Shown here: positions 23,442 through 32,850 of the stretch, one piece after another | Layout of the letters: the number at the start of each line of letters is the position of its first letter | How positions within the stretch are numbered: the first letter of the stretch is position 1 | Notes under the pieces: model-generated | Seen by the model: the letters and a program-made list of their open reading frames with translations, nothing else | Databases searched by the model: none | What the model was told of the DNA's origin: nothing | NCBI GenBank assembly: GCA_963662405.2 | Contig: CAXXKT010000003.1 | Coordinates: 288,001-352,000, forward strand | Length of the DNA stretch: 64,000 bases | Reading direction: 5' to 3' | Origin: Syntrophales bacterium | GTDB taxonomy: Bacteria > Desulfobacterota > Syntrophia > Syntrophales > UBA2210 | Translations under genes and position numbers: made by a program

Positions 23442-24608
23442 TTACTCGCTCATGATCAGGAGCAGCAATATGGCGGGGAGTGCAGAGCGGAGGGCCTCAT
23501 AGGCTCCCATGGCCCGCAGACCCCCTGATGCCCTGGCAAGACTCCGCTGGTCCGTGTCCGGGGCGTTGTTCCACGCTTCGGTTCCCGCATCCTTGGGGAT
23601 GGCGTAGGCAGGGCTGTTGACCGGAATGGCGCAGGTCCGGGTCGCGCCGCCGTTGTCGGCCAGGGTTTCGAGGAGGGGGTCTTCATCGATGTTTCCGTCC
23701 CCCGGCCATCCCCCTTCAATGAGGCTGTAGGAGACGTTCGCGGCCGCACCCTCCGCATCGTACAGATTTCCCGCTGCGTTGCCGTAAATGATGCAATTCC
23801 GGATAACCGGCCCCAGGTATGCGTTGTATATCCCCCCACCAGAGGTGGCTGCGGAGTTCTGGAAAAAGGTACAGTTGACGATGGTTGCCTGACTGTAGGC
23901 GTTTCGCATCCCGGCGCCGTCGACGGCGGCATTGTCATGAAAGGTGCAGTTCACGACATCAGGGCTGCCCTCTTCGTTGTAGATTCCACCGCCCATTTCC
24001 TCGGCGCTGTTTCCCGAAAAGGTGCAATTACGGACGGTGGGATGGCAGTTGCCATTAAACATGCCACCACCCCTGCGATGCTGCCAGCCCACATCTTTGT
24101 CGGCGTCGCCGCCGGAGATGGTGCATCCGTCAATCACCGCCGTTTCGTCCAAACCGGTGCCGTCGGGATGGTAAAAGACGTGATATATTTTATACGGTGG
24201 GGTAAGGGGCGGATTACCCGGATACAATCCTGAGAGGATTGTATCGTTATTCGCGAAATCGCGGTCGGCCAGGTCGAAGGTGGCCGGGTCCTCGGTACCG
24301 CTGAATCCTCCGTATATGGCCACGTTGTTTTTCAGGGAAAAATGTCTTTCCAGGGGCTCCGTACCGCCGTTGGGATGGCCGGTGGGCAGGTAGGTTCCCC
24401 GGGCCACCCATATGACGTTTCCTGCCGTGGTCTGATTGATAGCCTCGCTTAAATCGGTGTAGGCATCATTCCAACTGGTGCCTGTCGATGAGCCGGCAGC
24501 GTCGTGCTTGACATAGATCACCGCGGCATCGACGTGCGGAGTGGCAAAACCCAGGAAGAAAAACAGCAAAACGAGTGTTTTGATCGGAAAGAAAAAAGGA
24601 CGGAACAT
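23442..24608 (-). CDS. Secreted parallel beta-helix protein with choice-of-anchor-Q-like C-terminal region
   Basis: Signal peptide, SWNDAY, GGG(M/I)(F/Y)N and NCTF repeats, LADNGG...TDQR...MGAYE. Confidence 0.82.
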   Translation of the reverse strand: MFRPFFFPIKTLVLLFFFLGFATPHVDAAVIYVKHDAAGSSTGTSWNDAYTDLSEAINQTTAGNVIWVARGTYLPTGHPNGGTEPLERHFSLKNNVAIYGGFSGTEDPATFDLADRDFANNDTILSGLYPGNPPLTPPYKIYHVFYHPDGTGLDETAVIDGCTISGGDADKDVGWQHRRGGGMFNGNCHPTVRNCTFSGNSAEEMGGGIYNEEGSPDVVNCTFHDNAAVDGAGMRNAYSQATIVNCTFFQNSAATSGGGIYNAYLGPVIRNCIIYGNAAGNLYDAEGAAANVSYSLIEGGWPGDGNIDEDPLLETLADNGGATRTCAIPVNSPAYAIPKDAGTEAWNNAPDTDQRSLARASGGLRAMGAYEALRSALPAILLLLIMSE

Positions 24609-24733
24609 GAGATTACCCTCCTTTTTGTTATTTGTTTATAGCTTTAGGACAGAAAACATCTGGTGTCAAGGACATAGAAAAAGGGACGACATAAAAAGCA
24701 TGGTGCACGTCCAAGGAGAATGCACCCCTTTTC

Positions 24734-25696
24734 TCAGTCCCCGGTGAGAAGGTGGATGATCGGGGGGAGGGAGACGGGCCCGTTCCACCCGGCGATCCGG
24801 GCCCACAGCCACCAGGCGGCGAAGGCCTTCTGGTTCGCGTTGAGTGGCTCACTGTGTGCTGATCCGCACGAATACCAGTCGACGCCCACCGTATGAGACC
24901 CCTGCCACGCGGTGGCCCAGTTGCCCAGAGGGGTCGTGCTTTCCGCCGAGGCGTAGTAATCGCAGTTGTCATGGGGGAACTCGTAGAACGTCCCGTTCGG
25001 ATCATAGCACTCTATGTCGGCGAAATCGTACAGGACCTTTCCGTTGGCCCGGCAGTAGTCTCTGACCATCTGATTCGCCGCCTTGTTGGCGGCGTCGTCG
25101 AAGTGATCCACGTGGCCGGTCATGTAGACGAAGGTGACGCCGAAATAGTCGGACTCAAGCTGGTTCATCGGATCCAGATACTCGGATTGGAGGGTGCCCG
25201 CTTTGTATTTGTCGTCGACCTGGCCGCACCAGGACCAGATGATGACGTTGCAGTCGGGGTGGGTTTTCCCCCGGCCGGTTGTCTGGTTCGGGTCGCCGAG
25301 ATAGGCAATAGTCTCGTTGCGCCACCCGGGCCAGTACCCGCAATCATGGTCCAGATCGCCGCTTCCATACTCGTCGCCTTCGTACAGATGCAGTTTGTCG
25401 GGTGTTTGGTCATTATGACTCCAGGCAAAGATGTTCTCCGGCAGAGACAGTCCTTTCCCCCCGCCGTTGGCGAACGCCACCAGACCGGTCATGCCGTCGG
25501 TCACCTGGCTGCCGTGTGAGGTGTGGCCGTAGGCGATATGGAGGGTGGACTTTGCCCGTGTGATGGCCGATTCGGGTATTCGGGTGATGTCGACGCAGCG
25601 GTGGTCGACGATAATCGCCCCCGCCCGGAGAGAGGCCGGGCAGATCAGAAGCGCGATGAAAACGGTCATAACGGACAGAACACGATACCTGCTCAT
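24734..25696 (-). CDS. Secreted hypothetical protein
   Basis: Signal peptide; YGHTSHGSQ, WSWCGQ and LYDFADIE blocks; start overlaps the SRAP stop. Confidence 0.75.
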   Translation of the reverse strand: MSRYRVLSVMTVFIALLICPASLRAGAIIVDHRCVDITRIPESAITRAKSTLHIAYGHTSHGSQVTDGMTGLVAFANGGGKGLSLPENIFAWSHNDQTPDKLHLYEGDEYGSGDLDHDCGYWPGWRNETIAYLGDPNQTTGRGKTHPDCNVIIWSWCGQVDDKYKAGTLQSEYLDPMNQLESDYFGVTFVYMTGHVDHFDDAANKAANQMVRDYCRANGKVLYDFADIECYDPNGTFYEFPHDNCDYYASAESTTPLGNWATAWQGSHTVGVDWYSCGSAHSEPLNANQKAFAAWWLWARIAGWNGPVSLPPIIHLLTGD

Positions 25697-26388
25697 TATT
25701 CTTCCCTTTCAGAAATGGGTGCATTGTATCGATCTGATATCACCGGCTCGATGCAGCGCGGGTCGTTGTTTCGGGGGGAATCGACAAACTTTGAAACGAG
25801 GGAGGTCCTGACCTTTGTCACCCTGCCGTCCGTTATAATGCCGTTCAATTTTTCATAGTCCTTCGTCGCCGGATCGAGCCACTCCTCTGTTGCCTCGGGT
25901 GTGAGGATCACCGGCATGCGGTCGTGGATTGCCCGCATCGATTCGCTCGCCGCTGTGGTGACGATCGTGCAGGAGTGATAGGGGGCTCCATCGGTTCCTT
26001 TCCACGTCTCCCAGAGCCCCGCGAAGCCGAAGAGGGTGTCGGTGTCCGGGGTGCAGTACCACGGCTGCCGGTCCTTCCATTCGTAGAAGCCGTCAGCCGG
26101 TATGATACAGCGCCTCTCCCTGAAGGCCCTCCTGAAACTCGGTTTCTCTCCCAGAGTCTCCGCGCGGGCGTTGATCATCTTTGAGGCCCCTGAGAGGTCC
26201 TGCGCCCAAGGGGGCACCAGTCCCCAGTGCAGTTTCCCCAGACGCGTGTCTTCCCCCCGGATGATCGCGTATACCTCATCACCGGGGGCGATATTGTATC
26301 CGGGCTTCAGCTCGCCGGTGACCGTCCCGATCCCGAAGACCTTTTTGATGTTCCTCAGTGAACTGTAGAGGGTGAACCGTCCGCACAT
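25696..26388 (-). CDS. SOS response-associated peptidase (SRAP/YedK/HMCES family)
   Basis: N-terminal MCGRF, NARAET, GFYEW, IHDRMP. Confidence 0.93.
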   Translation of the reverse strand: MCGRFTLYSSLRNIKKVFGIGTVTGELKPGYNIAPGDEVYAIIRGEDTRLGKLHWGLVPPWAQDLSGASKMINARAETLGEKPSFRRAFRERRCIIPADGFYEWKDRQPWYCTPDTDTLFGFAGLWETWKGTDGAPYHSCTIVTTAASESMRAIHDRMPVILTPEATEEWLDPATKDYEKLNGIITDGRVTKVRTSLVSKFVDSPRNNDPRCIEPVISDRYNAPISEREE

Positions 26389-26392
26389 GGCT

Positions 26393-27661
26393 TTATGACA
26401 CCGTGGGCAATTGATGCCACCTGGTTGTATAGGAAGGTGAGCGCCACGCGGCCACCGTTTTCCATTTTTGATTTGGAGTGGAACCCGTGGCTGCATACCT
26501 GACTGTATTCGGCCCGAATCGCTGGTTGATGCTGTCGAATGCCCGCATGATCTCGCCGGAGTGTTTCTCTCGATCTCCAGCGAAGAGGGTCATCTGGGTA
26601 TGGCTGTCGGGGGTCAGATCTCTGAAGGTGACTCCCGCCTTTTTGTAGCGGTATCCCTCTCGGTAGATCCTGTCGAGGGCCTCGTGCGCATATCGGATCA
26701 GCTCCGCGGTGTCGCTGGTGGCGGCGCGGAGGCGTATGGTCTCCATCTTGAAGTACCGGGACTCCCGGTGGTAGGGATTGGTCATGACGAATACCACGAG
26801 GATATTCGCATTGAGTTGTGCCGCCCGCAGCTTCTCCGCCCCCCGGGATGTGAAGGCGGCGACCGCTTCTCCCATATCGGCCCGGTCCTCCAGGGGGGCT
26901 TTGAACGATCTCGAAACGGTGATCTCTTTCCTGGACGGCGGGGATTCTTCCAGGGGATAGCAGGAAACACCCGCGAGTTCCCGGAGGATACGCAGGCCGT
27001 TTACCCCCATCTTCTTTTGTATGATCGTTTCCGGGGCATCACGGAGGTCGAGGGCGTTGGTGATCCCGATGCTTCTTAAAAATGCGGCATACCTTCTTCC
27101 GATGCCCCATATGTCTCCGACCTCTGTCATGGCCAGGGCGGTTGATAGATAGGGCGAATCGGTCAGATCCAGGACCCCGCCCGCCTTTTTGGATTTCTTG
27201 GCGATACGGTTGGCGATCTTGGCGAGGGTCTTTGTCTCCGCGATGCCCACGGAAACGGGAATGCCGGTCCACCTGCGGACCATGGATCGCATCGACCGGC
27301 CGCAGGCGGTCAGGTCCCGCCTGAATCCGGACAGGTCCAGAAAGGCCTCATCAATAGAGTAGATTTCGATGTCGGGAGTAAACTGGGACAGGGTATCCAT
27401 TACCCGCTGTGACATATCGCCGTACAGGGCGTAGTTGGAGGAATAGACGTGCACCCCGTGCGTCTCGATCAGGCCCCGGACCTTGAACAGGGGGACGCCC
27501 ATCCGGATGCCGAGGGCCTTGGCCTCGTTCGATCGGGCGATAACACACCCGTCGTTGTTGGAAAGGACCACGACGGGTTCTCCGGTGAGCCGGGGGTTGA
27601 ATACCCGCTCGCAGGAGACATAGAAATTGTTGCAATCGACCAGCGCAAAGGTGGGGGGCAT
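26393..27661 (-). CDS. umuC: Y-family DNA polymerase V catalytic subunit UmuC
   Basis: [27 protein letters not shown]-terminal SPSYTTRW. Confidence 0.95.
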   Translation of the reverse strand: MPPTFALVDCNNFYVSCERVFNPRLTGEPVVVLSNNDGCVIARSNEAKALGIRMGVPLFKVRGLIETHGVHVYSSNYALYGDMSQRVMDTLSQFTPDIEIYSIDEAFLDLSGFRRDLTACGRSMRSMVRRWTGIPVSVGIAETKTLAKIANRIAKKSKKAGGVLDLTDSPYLSTALAMTEVGDIWGIGRRYAAFLRSIGITNALDLRDAPETIIQKKMGVNGLRILRELAGVSCYPLEESPPSRKEITVSRSFKAPLEDRADMGEAVAAFTSRGAEKLRAAQLNANILVVFVMTNPYHRESRYFKMETIRLRAATSDTAELIRYAHEALDRIYREGYRYKKAGVTFRDLTPDSHTQMTLFAGDREKHSGEIMRAFDSINQRFGPNTVRYAATGSTPNQKWKTVAAWRSPSYTTRWHQLPTVS

Positions 27662-27678
27662 TGCTTGTACCTCTGGAT

Positions 27679-28104
27679 CTACAGGGGGTGGATCACGGTG
27701 GTGACCACGCCCCATACCTCGAAGTCCATATCCTCCTCGACCGGGAGGGGTTGGTAATCCTTGTTCTCTGAAATGAGGATCACGTTCCCTCCGCTGACCC
27801 TGATCCTCCTCACGGTCAACTCACCGTTCACGACCGCGATGACGACCTTCCGGTTGGCGGGTTTGAGGGAACGGTCGACGATCAGGATGTCACCGTCGTG
27901 TATCCCCGCATCGATCATGGAGTTACCACTCACCTTCACGAAGAAGGTCGCGGCGGGATGCTTGATGAGATACCGGTTCAGGTCGAGGTTGCCCTCGATG
28001 TAGTCCTCCGCGGGGGAGGGGAAGCCCGCCGAGACCGGCACCAGAAAGAGGGGACGCGTACATTTCGTCGACGGGTCCGGTTGGTATATGGCCGTTACCT
28101 TCAT
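27679..28104 (-). CDS. umuD: UmuD-like S24 protein (catalytic Lys appears as Arg)
   Basis: [12 protein letters not shown] cleavage region, GNSM catalytic Ser, TVRR in place of TVK. Confidence 0.92.
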   Translation of the reverse strand: MKVTAIYQPDPSTKCTRPLFLVPVSAGFPSPAEDYIEGNLDLNRYLIKHPAATFFVKVSGNSMIDAGIHDGDILIVDRSLKPANRKVVIAVVNGELTVRRIRVSGGNVILISENKDYQPLPVEEDMDFEVWGVVTTVIHPL

Positions 28105-28435
28105 GGTTGCCTATCATATGAAATGCGTCGCCATTTCTCAATCGGATAATCCGGCGGAATCGGTATGCGATGGACTTGATGTGCAAATACACTGGCCCGA
28201 TTGTCTCATATGTGTATCGAATGCGGGGAGAAACATGCCGTTGATAACCAGCAATAAGGGCCACACGTACGCCTGACCTCTTGCCCCACCGCTGTGTGGG
28301 GCGGTTGAGCGGCGCGGAAGGCCATCTATCCCCTCATATCCGGATCAAACAAGTATGGGTGCTTCCCCTCAGATGTACCGCTGTGAAGCGTTCCGTACCG
28401 GATCGCTCCACGCCCGATCAACGTGACCGAGATTA

Positions 28436-29314
28436 TTACTCCGGCGTGTGGTTATCACGGATTGTACAGGACGCGGGAGCATTCATGTTCCCCCCGGCAT
28501 TGCTGGTCGCCGTGTTGCGGTCAACAAAGTTGTTCCCGCACAGATATATCCCGTGATCTGTATTACTCCGGCAGGTGTTATCGGTCACCGTTGAACCGGC
28601 GCCGGCCAAAATGCCGTGGTCTCTGTTATCATAACAGGTGTTACCGGTCACCGTTGAACCGGCGCCGGCAAAAATGCCGATCCTATCGTTATTATAGCAA
28701 GTGTTGCCGGTCACCGTTGCGCTCCCGTTGGTAGTAATGCCGACATTATCATTATTATAGCAGGTATTGCCGGTCACCGTTGAGCCAGAGCCGGCATAAA
28801 TGCCGTGATCACCGTTCTCCATCGCTGTGCAGTCTTTAACAAGATGGCTTTTACCGAGAAGATAGATTCCCGGGTCACCATTGTTACGTACCCGGATATT
28901 GATGATCCGGTGACTTGTCCCAAGAGAACTACAATCCCCAATGCCATAGTGTTGAAATTGCCGTACCGTTCCGTTCCTGATCTCGACATTGGTCCTTCCC
29001 CACATGTAAATCCCGTCAAAATATCCGGTACCGCCCGGGCCGACCAGGCTGAACCCCATGAGGTCGACCGTAACGTTGTCGGCGGTAATGGTGATACCGT
29101 GTACGCCTGCCGCACACGACAGATCTTTCGTGATGTAGTAAAACCCGGGTGACGATATGGTGTAGGGCAGGGATTTGATCTCGGTCCCCACTCCTCTGCT
29201 TCCCGCAATGACGTAGAACTCCGCAGACACCTCCGGGACAGCGAAAACGAAAAATGATAATAAGGCGCTGAAAATAAAAAGGATCTTCACTGACTGATTT
29301 TTCCCATGATTCAT
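28436..29314 (-). CDS. Exported right-handed beta-helix repeat protein
   Basis: AGGAGG RBS, signal peptide, about four GI...STVTGNTCY repeats. Confidence 0.82.
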   Translation of the reverse strand: MNHGKNQSVKILFIFSALLSFFVFAVPEVSAEFYVIAGSRGVGTEIKSLPYTISSPGFYYITKDLSCAAGVHGITITADNVTVDLMGFSLVGPGGTGYFDGIYMWGRTNVEIRNGTVRQFQHYGIGDCSSLGTSHRIINIRVRNNGDPGIYLLGKSHLVKDCTAMENGDHGIYAGSGSTVTGNTCYNNDNVGITTNGSATVTGNTCYNNDRIGIFAGAGSTVTGNTCYDNRDHGILAGAGSTVTDNTCRSNTDHGIYLCGNNFVDRNTATSNAGGNMNAPASCTIRDNHTPE

Positions 29315-29369
29315 GTATCCACCTCCTGGTATGTGTTGGAAAAAACATGATAGGCTGAGGGGTGACCAC

Positions 29370-29407
29370 AAAAAAGCCCCGTTTCTCATTTCGAGAAACA
29401 GGGCTTT
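29370..29407 (-). terminator. Intrinsic terminator in the leader of the beta-helix gene
   Basis: AAAGCCCTGTTTCTC-GAAAT-GAGAAACGGGGC-TTTTTT on the minus strand. Confidence 0.75.
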
Positions 29408-29588
29408 GACAGTAAGACCACTATTCCCCTTTGGGTACAGCATTCAAAAACATAACAAACCATCAAAATCAAAGTCTTTGCCCCTTTAAATCTATAATGA
29501 TGTCATGTCAAGATATTTTACGTCGAAATTTTCAAATGGTAATAAGTGATTTTCCTCTGCGATTGTTTTGAGTGTTTGCCGGAATCAT

Positions 29589-30737
29589 TCATTCCTGTTG
29601 CAGGAGCGGGTGGAGGCGGTCGATCCTGAAATGCATGAGCAGGTTGATGAAATCGGGAGAATGGAGAGGGTCCGATTCCATCCCGAAGAAGTGGGTAGGA
29701 CAAGAGCAGTCGCTGGAACCGAAGCCGGGGATCGTCCAGTCCGCAATGACAGACATGGCCTCGGCCATCGGGCATTCCAGGGGGACCGAGGAACGGACCG
29801 GGAGTGCCGTTTCGAACTGGGCCGCCTGCCTCAGATAATCGATGTGCCAGTGGAGGTTTTTCCGGAGCCGCCGGTGCCGTTCCACACGGGCTGTCAGGTT
29901 GGCCATGGCCGACCCCACATAGATATAATAACCGGGCGGAAAAAATATGTTCCCCATCTTTCCGACGGTGATCTGTCTCCCCTCGCTCAATCGCAGTATC
30001 ACGAGGTAGCTTCCGCGGTCTTCGGTCTCCCGCTCGATGAATTCCCAGGGGATGTTCACTATCCCGGTCTTTTCGTCCAGCGTCAGGTCTTCGTTCCATC
30101 GCACCGAGACGGGGAAAAACCGGATCCGGTCCCGGCAGGCCAGCATGGTCCGGGCGAAATGGAGGTCCGTATGGTAATCGGGGAGAAACCATGCCGTCAG
30201 GGGCCAGTGGACCACGAAGAGGACGGCCGTTTCCCGTCCCTTTTCGGACAACGCGGCCAGTTCGCTCAGATGACGGGCCCCCCGCGCGGTGACGGCGTCG
30301 GGAAACATGGCGGTCCGGTTTTCCACGAGTGTGCAGGATTTCACTTCCACCAGCAGTTCCCGCCCCTCATGCTCGATGAGCAGATCGAAACGGGACCGGC
30401 CAACCGGGACCTCTTTCCCGATCACCCGCGCCCCTTCCAGCCCCGGCACCATGCCCTCATCGATCAGATACCGGGCCACGTTGTTGGTCCGGTGGGTGTG
30501 GAGCATGATCGGTATCCCCTCCCGTTCCACGGCCACCACGGTATGGGGATATTTTCGATGGTCGGATGCCCCGTCCCGTGTCAGATACAGGGTTCGCCCC
30601 GGGAGCAGCAGTTCATGCAGCCTGCCCGGGTTGGGAAGGAAGGCCGACATCTCCTCGTCTCCCTTCCGGCACCGCACCACAAACCGGTTCGGCCGGTCTA
30701 TGAATGCAGCCTTTTTGATATCGTGAAAAAATCGCAT
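29589..30737 (-). CDS. sfsA: SfsA nuclease fused to a C-terminal DUF123/GIY-YIG-like domain
   Basis: RPNRF, SRFDLL, VEVKSCTL, FPDAVTARG; then GSYLVIL, GYYIYVGSA, HWHIDYL, GFGSSDCSC. Confidence 0.88.
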   Translation of the reverse strand: MRFFHDIKKAAFIDRPNRFVVRCRKGDEEMSAFLPNPGRLHELLLPGRTLYLTRDGASDHRKYPHTVVAVEREGIPIMLHTHRTNNVARYLIDEGMVPGLEGARVIGKEVPVGRSRFDLLIEHEGRELLVEVKSCTLVENRTAMFPDAVTARGARHLSELAALSEKGRETAVLFVVHWPLTAWFLPDYHTDLHFARTMLACRDRIRFFPVSVRWNEDLTLDEKTGIVNIPWEFIERETEDRGSYLVILRLSEGRQITVGKMGNIFFPPGYYIYVGSAMANLTARVERHRRLRKNLHWHIDYLRQAAQFETALPVRSSVPLECPMAEAMSVIADWTIPGFGSSDCSCPTHFFGMESDPLHSPDFINLLMHFRIDRLHPLLQQE

Positions 30738-30830
30738 GGGGTACTATCCTGCTCCAACCGTCTCGCCGCCGCGCCGGGGAATGCTCATGGCGTCAATAGA
30801 GGTACATGGAGGTCAATGTATTGAACCCTT

Positions 30831-32285
30831 TTATCCTTTCGGTGTTTCCCGCGTCTTACGGAGATCGCATGTTCCCCTGGCGAAGGAGGCGAAGATGCCG
30901 CCCGTACAGAGGATGCCGAATACGGCAAAGGCGATCCTGAAGCTGGTCAGGAAAAGACCGGGGTCCGTGTGACGGAGTTCCGTATCACCGACAAAGAGGG
31001 CAATCAGCAGGGTCACGATGGTCATGCTCGTGGCCATGCCGAGCATGCGCATGGTGGAAACCGCTGACGCGGCAACCCCATAGGATCTTCTGTCGACCGA
31101 TCCCATAATCGCGTTGGTGTTGGGTGAGGAAAACAGGGCGAACCCGAAACCGATGAGCGCCAGGTTCACTATGATCATCCAGACGGGTGTCGCCGTGCCG
31201 AGAAGCGTCAGGAGGAAAAGGCCCAGCGCGTTGAGCCCCATTCCGCATGAAGCAACAATACGGGGCTCGATTCTGTCTGAAAGCGAACCGGCGAATGACG
31301 AGAATAGGGCCATGATAACGGGTTGCGCGAGAAGAATGAAACCGGCCGCCTGGGGACTGTATCCCCGGATGACCTGGAGATACAGAGAGAGGAGGAACCC
31401 GATGGCGAATGTCGCGCTGTAGTTGATCATCGCGGCCAGGTTGGAGAAGGCGAAGACGATGTTGTGGGAGAAGAGCCGCATGTCTATGAGAGGGAAGGGG
31501 ACCCTTGATTCGAGGAGGATGAAACCCGTCAAGAGGATGACGCCGGCGATCAGGATGTACTTGGCCCCCGGCGTGCTGTAGATCGATGACATGCCGTATA
31601 AAAGGGCGGCAAGACCGAACATGTACAGCACGCTGCCGGCGATATCGAACCGTTCCCCCCGCGCTCCGGCCGCTGTGTCCCGCACCTGGAACAGAATGAA
31701 CACGACAGAGGCCGATCCGATACAAGCGGTCAAGAAAAAGATGCTCCTCCATCCCAGATGTTGGCATATGAACCCGCCGAGGACAGGCCCGAGCGAAAGG
31801 CCGGTATAGGTAGCCGTTACGGCCAGCCCCATTGCCTTCCCTCTCTGGCCGGGGGGATAGGCGGCCGAGATTATCGCCATCCCCGTGGCGTATATCATGG
31901 AGGCCGTGATTCCCTGCAGTACCCGGAAGAGAATGAGCGAGGCATTGGACCACGAAACCGCGCACAGAAACGTAAAGAGGGTAAAACCCGCCGTTCCCAG
32001 GAGAAAGATTCGTTTCCGCCCTGTCATGTCGGCAATCCTTCCCATGGGCAGCAGGAATACGGCCGACGCCAGGATATAGCCGGTGACAACCCAGCTCAGG
32101 ACAAGGGCGCTCCCCGCGAATTCCTCCCCGATCAGGGGTAATGCCAGATTTGTCGAACTGCCGATAAAGGTCGTAAAAAACGATGTCATCATAACGGAGA
32201 GGACGATGCCCTTCTCCGGCAATACCGGTTTACGGTTGATATCTCTTGTCTGCTTTTTCATCCGTACCAATTGTCTCCATGGCAT
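30831..32285 (-). CDS. MFS transporter (DHA2-like)
   Basis: GRIADMTGRKR motif A, RVLQG, GPVLGG, many TM segments; start uncertain. Confidence 0.9.
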   Translation of the reverse strand: MPWRQLVRMKKQTRDINRKPVLPEKGIVLSVMMTSFFTTFIGSSTNLALPLIGEEFAGSALVLSWVVTGYILASAVFLLPMGRIADMTGRKRIFLLGTAGFTLFTFLCAVSWSNASLILFRVLQGITASMIYATGMAIISAAYPPGQRGKAMGLAVTATYTGLSLGPVLGGFICQHLGWRSIFFLTACIGSASVVFILFQVRDTAAGARGERFDIAGSVLYMFGLAALLYGMSSIYSTPGAKYILIAGVILLTGFILLESRVPFPLIDMRLFSHNIVFAFSNLAAMINYSATFAIGFLLSLYLQVIRGYSPQAAGFILLAQPVIMALFSSFAGSLSDRIEPRIVASCGMGLNALGLFLLTLLGTATPVWMIIVNLALIGFGFALFSSPNTNAIMGSVDRRSYGVAASAVSTMRMLGMATSMTIVTLLIALFVGDTELRHTDPGLFLTSFRIAFAVFGILCTGGIFASFARGTCDLRKTRETPKG

Positions 32286-32471
32286 CTTTCACAACCGGCG
32301 GCGAGTCAGAGATCGTTCTGAATCGGTATCCCGATCCGGTTCCATACCGTTGCATGCCATCGATGCGTTCCGGAACCAGCACCTATATCTCAATGAGAAA
32401 AGAGGGTCAAACCCTTATCCTTTTTTGAGAGGATACGGCCCGGTCGGGGGATCCGATGGATTGCGAAGGGG

Positions 32472-32617
32472 AACAAGTATCCAGCGCCGGATCATCATAT
32501 TATACAATGTGACGCTGTTTCAGGAAAGGAGCGGGTCCTGGGGGATTTTCACAAAGAATCCGGTACGAGAAATTGGCGCGTTTCTCGGCAGGGAGCAGGA
32601 CTTCGCCAAGCCGCTCA
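32472..32617. repeat. Copy 1 of a ~145-bp direct repeat
   Basis: Near-identical to 34365-34507. Confidence 0.9.
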
Positions 32618-32850
32618 CCCCTGAAGGAATACGCGGGGGGACACACCTCCTGAAGGAGGCGACCATATTCGCCTTCGGCCTGTCGGAGTGAGGTCCCCGG
32701 CACGGGGTTGCCATCTCTGAACCTGTTACTCCACGGGGAGCAACAGATCCTTTTCGCCAGGGATTCGGTTTCACCCGACAATACCCTTGCTAAAGCTCAG
32801 AAGAGATCGGGGCGTTATTTCCTTTCAGTGTGCCCTTGTCCGCAGGCATC

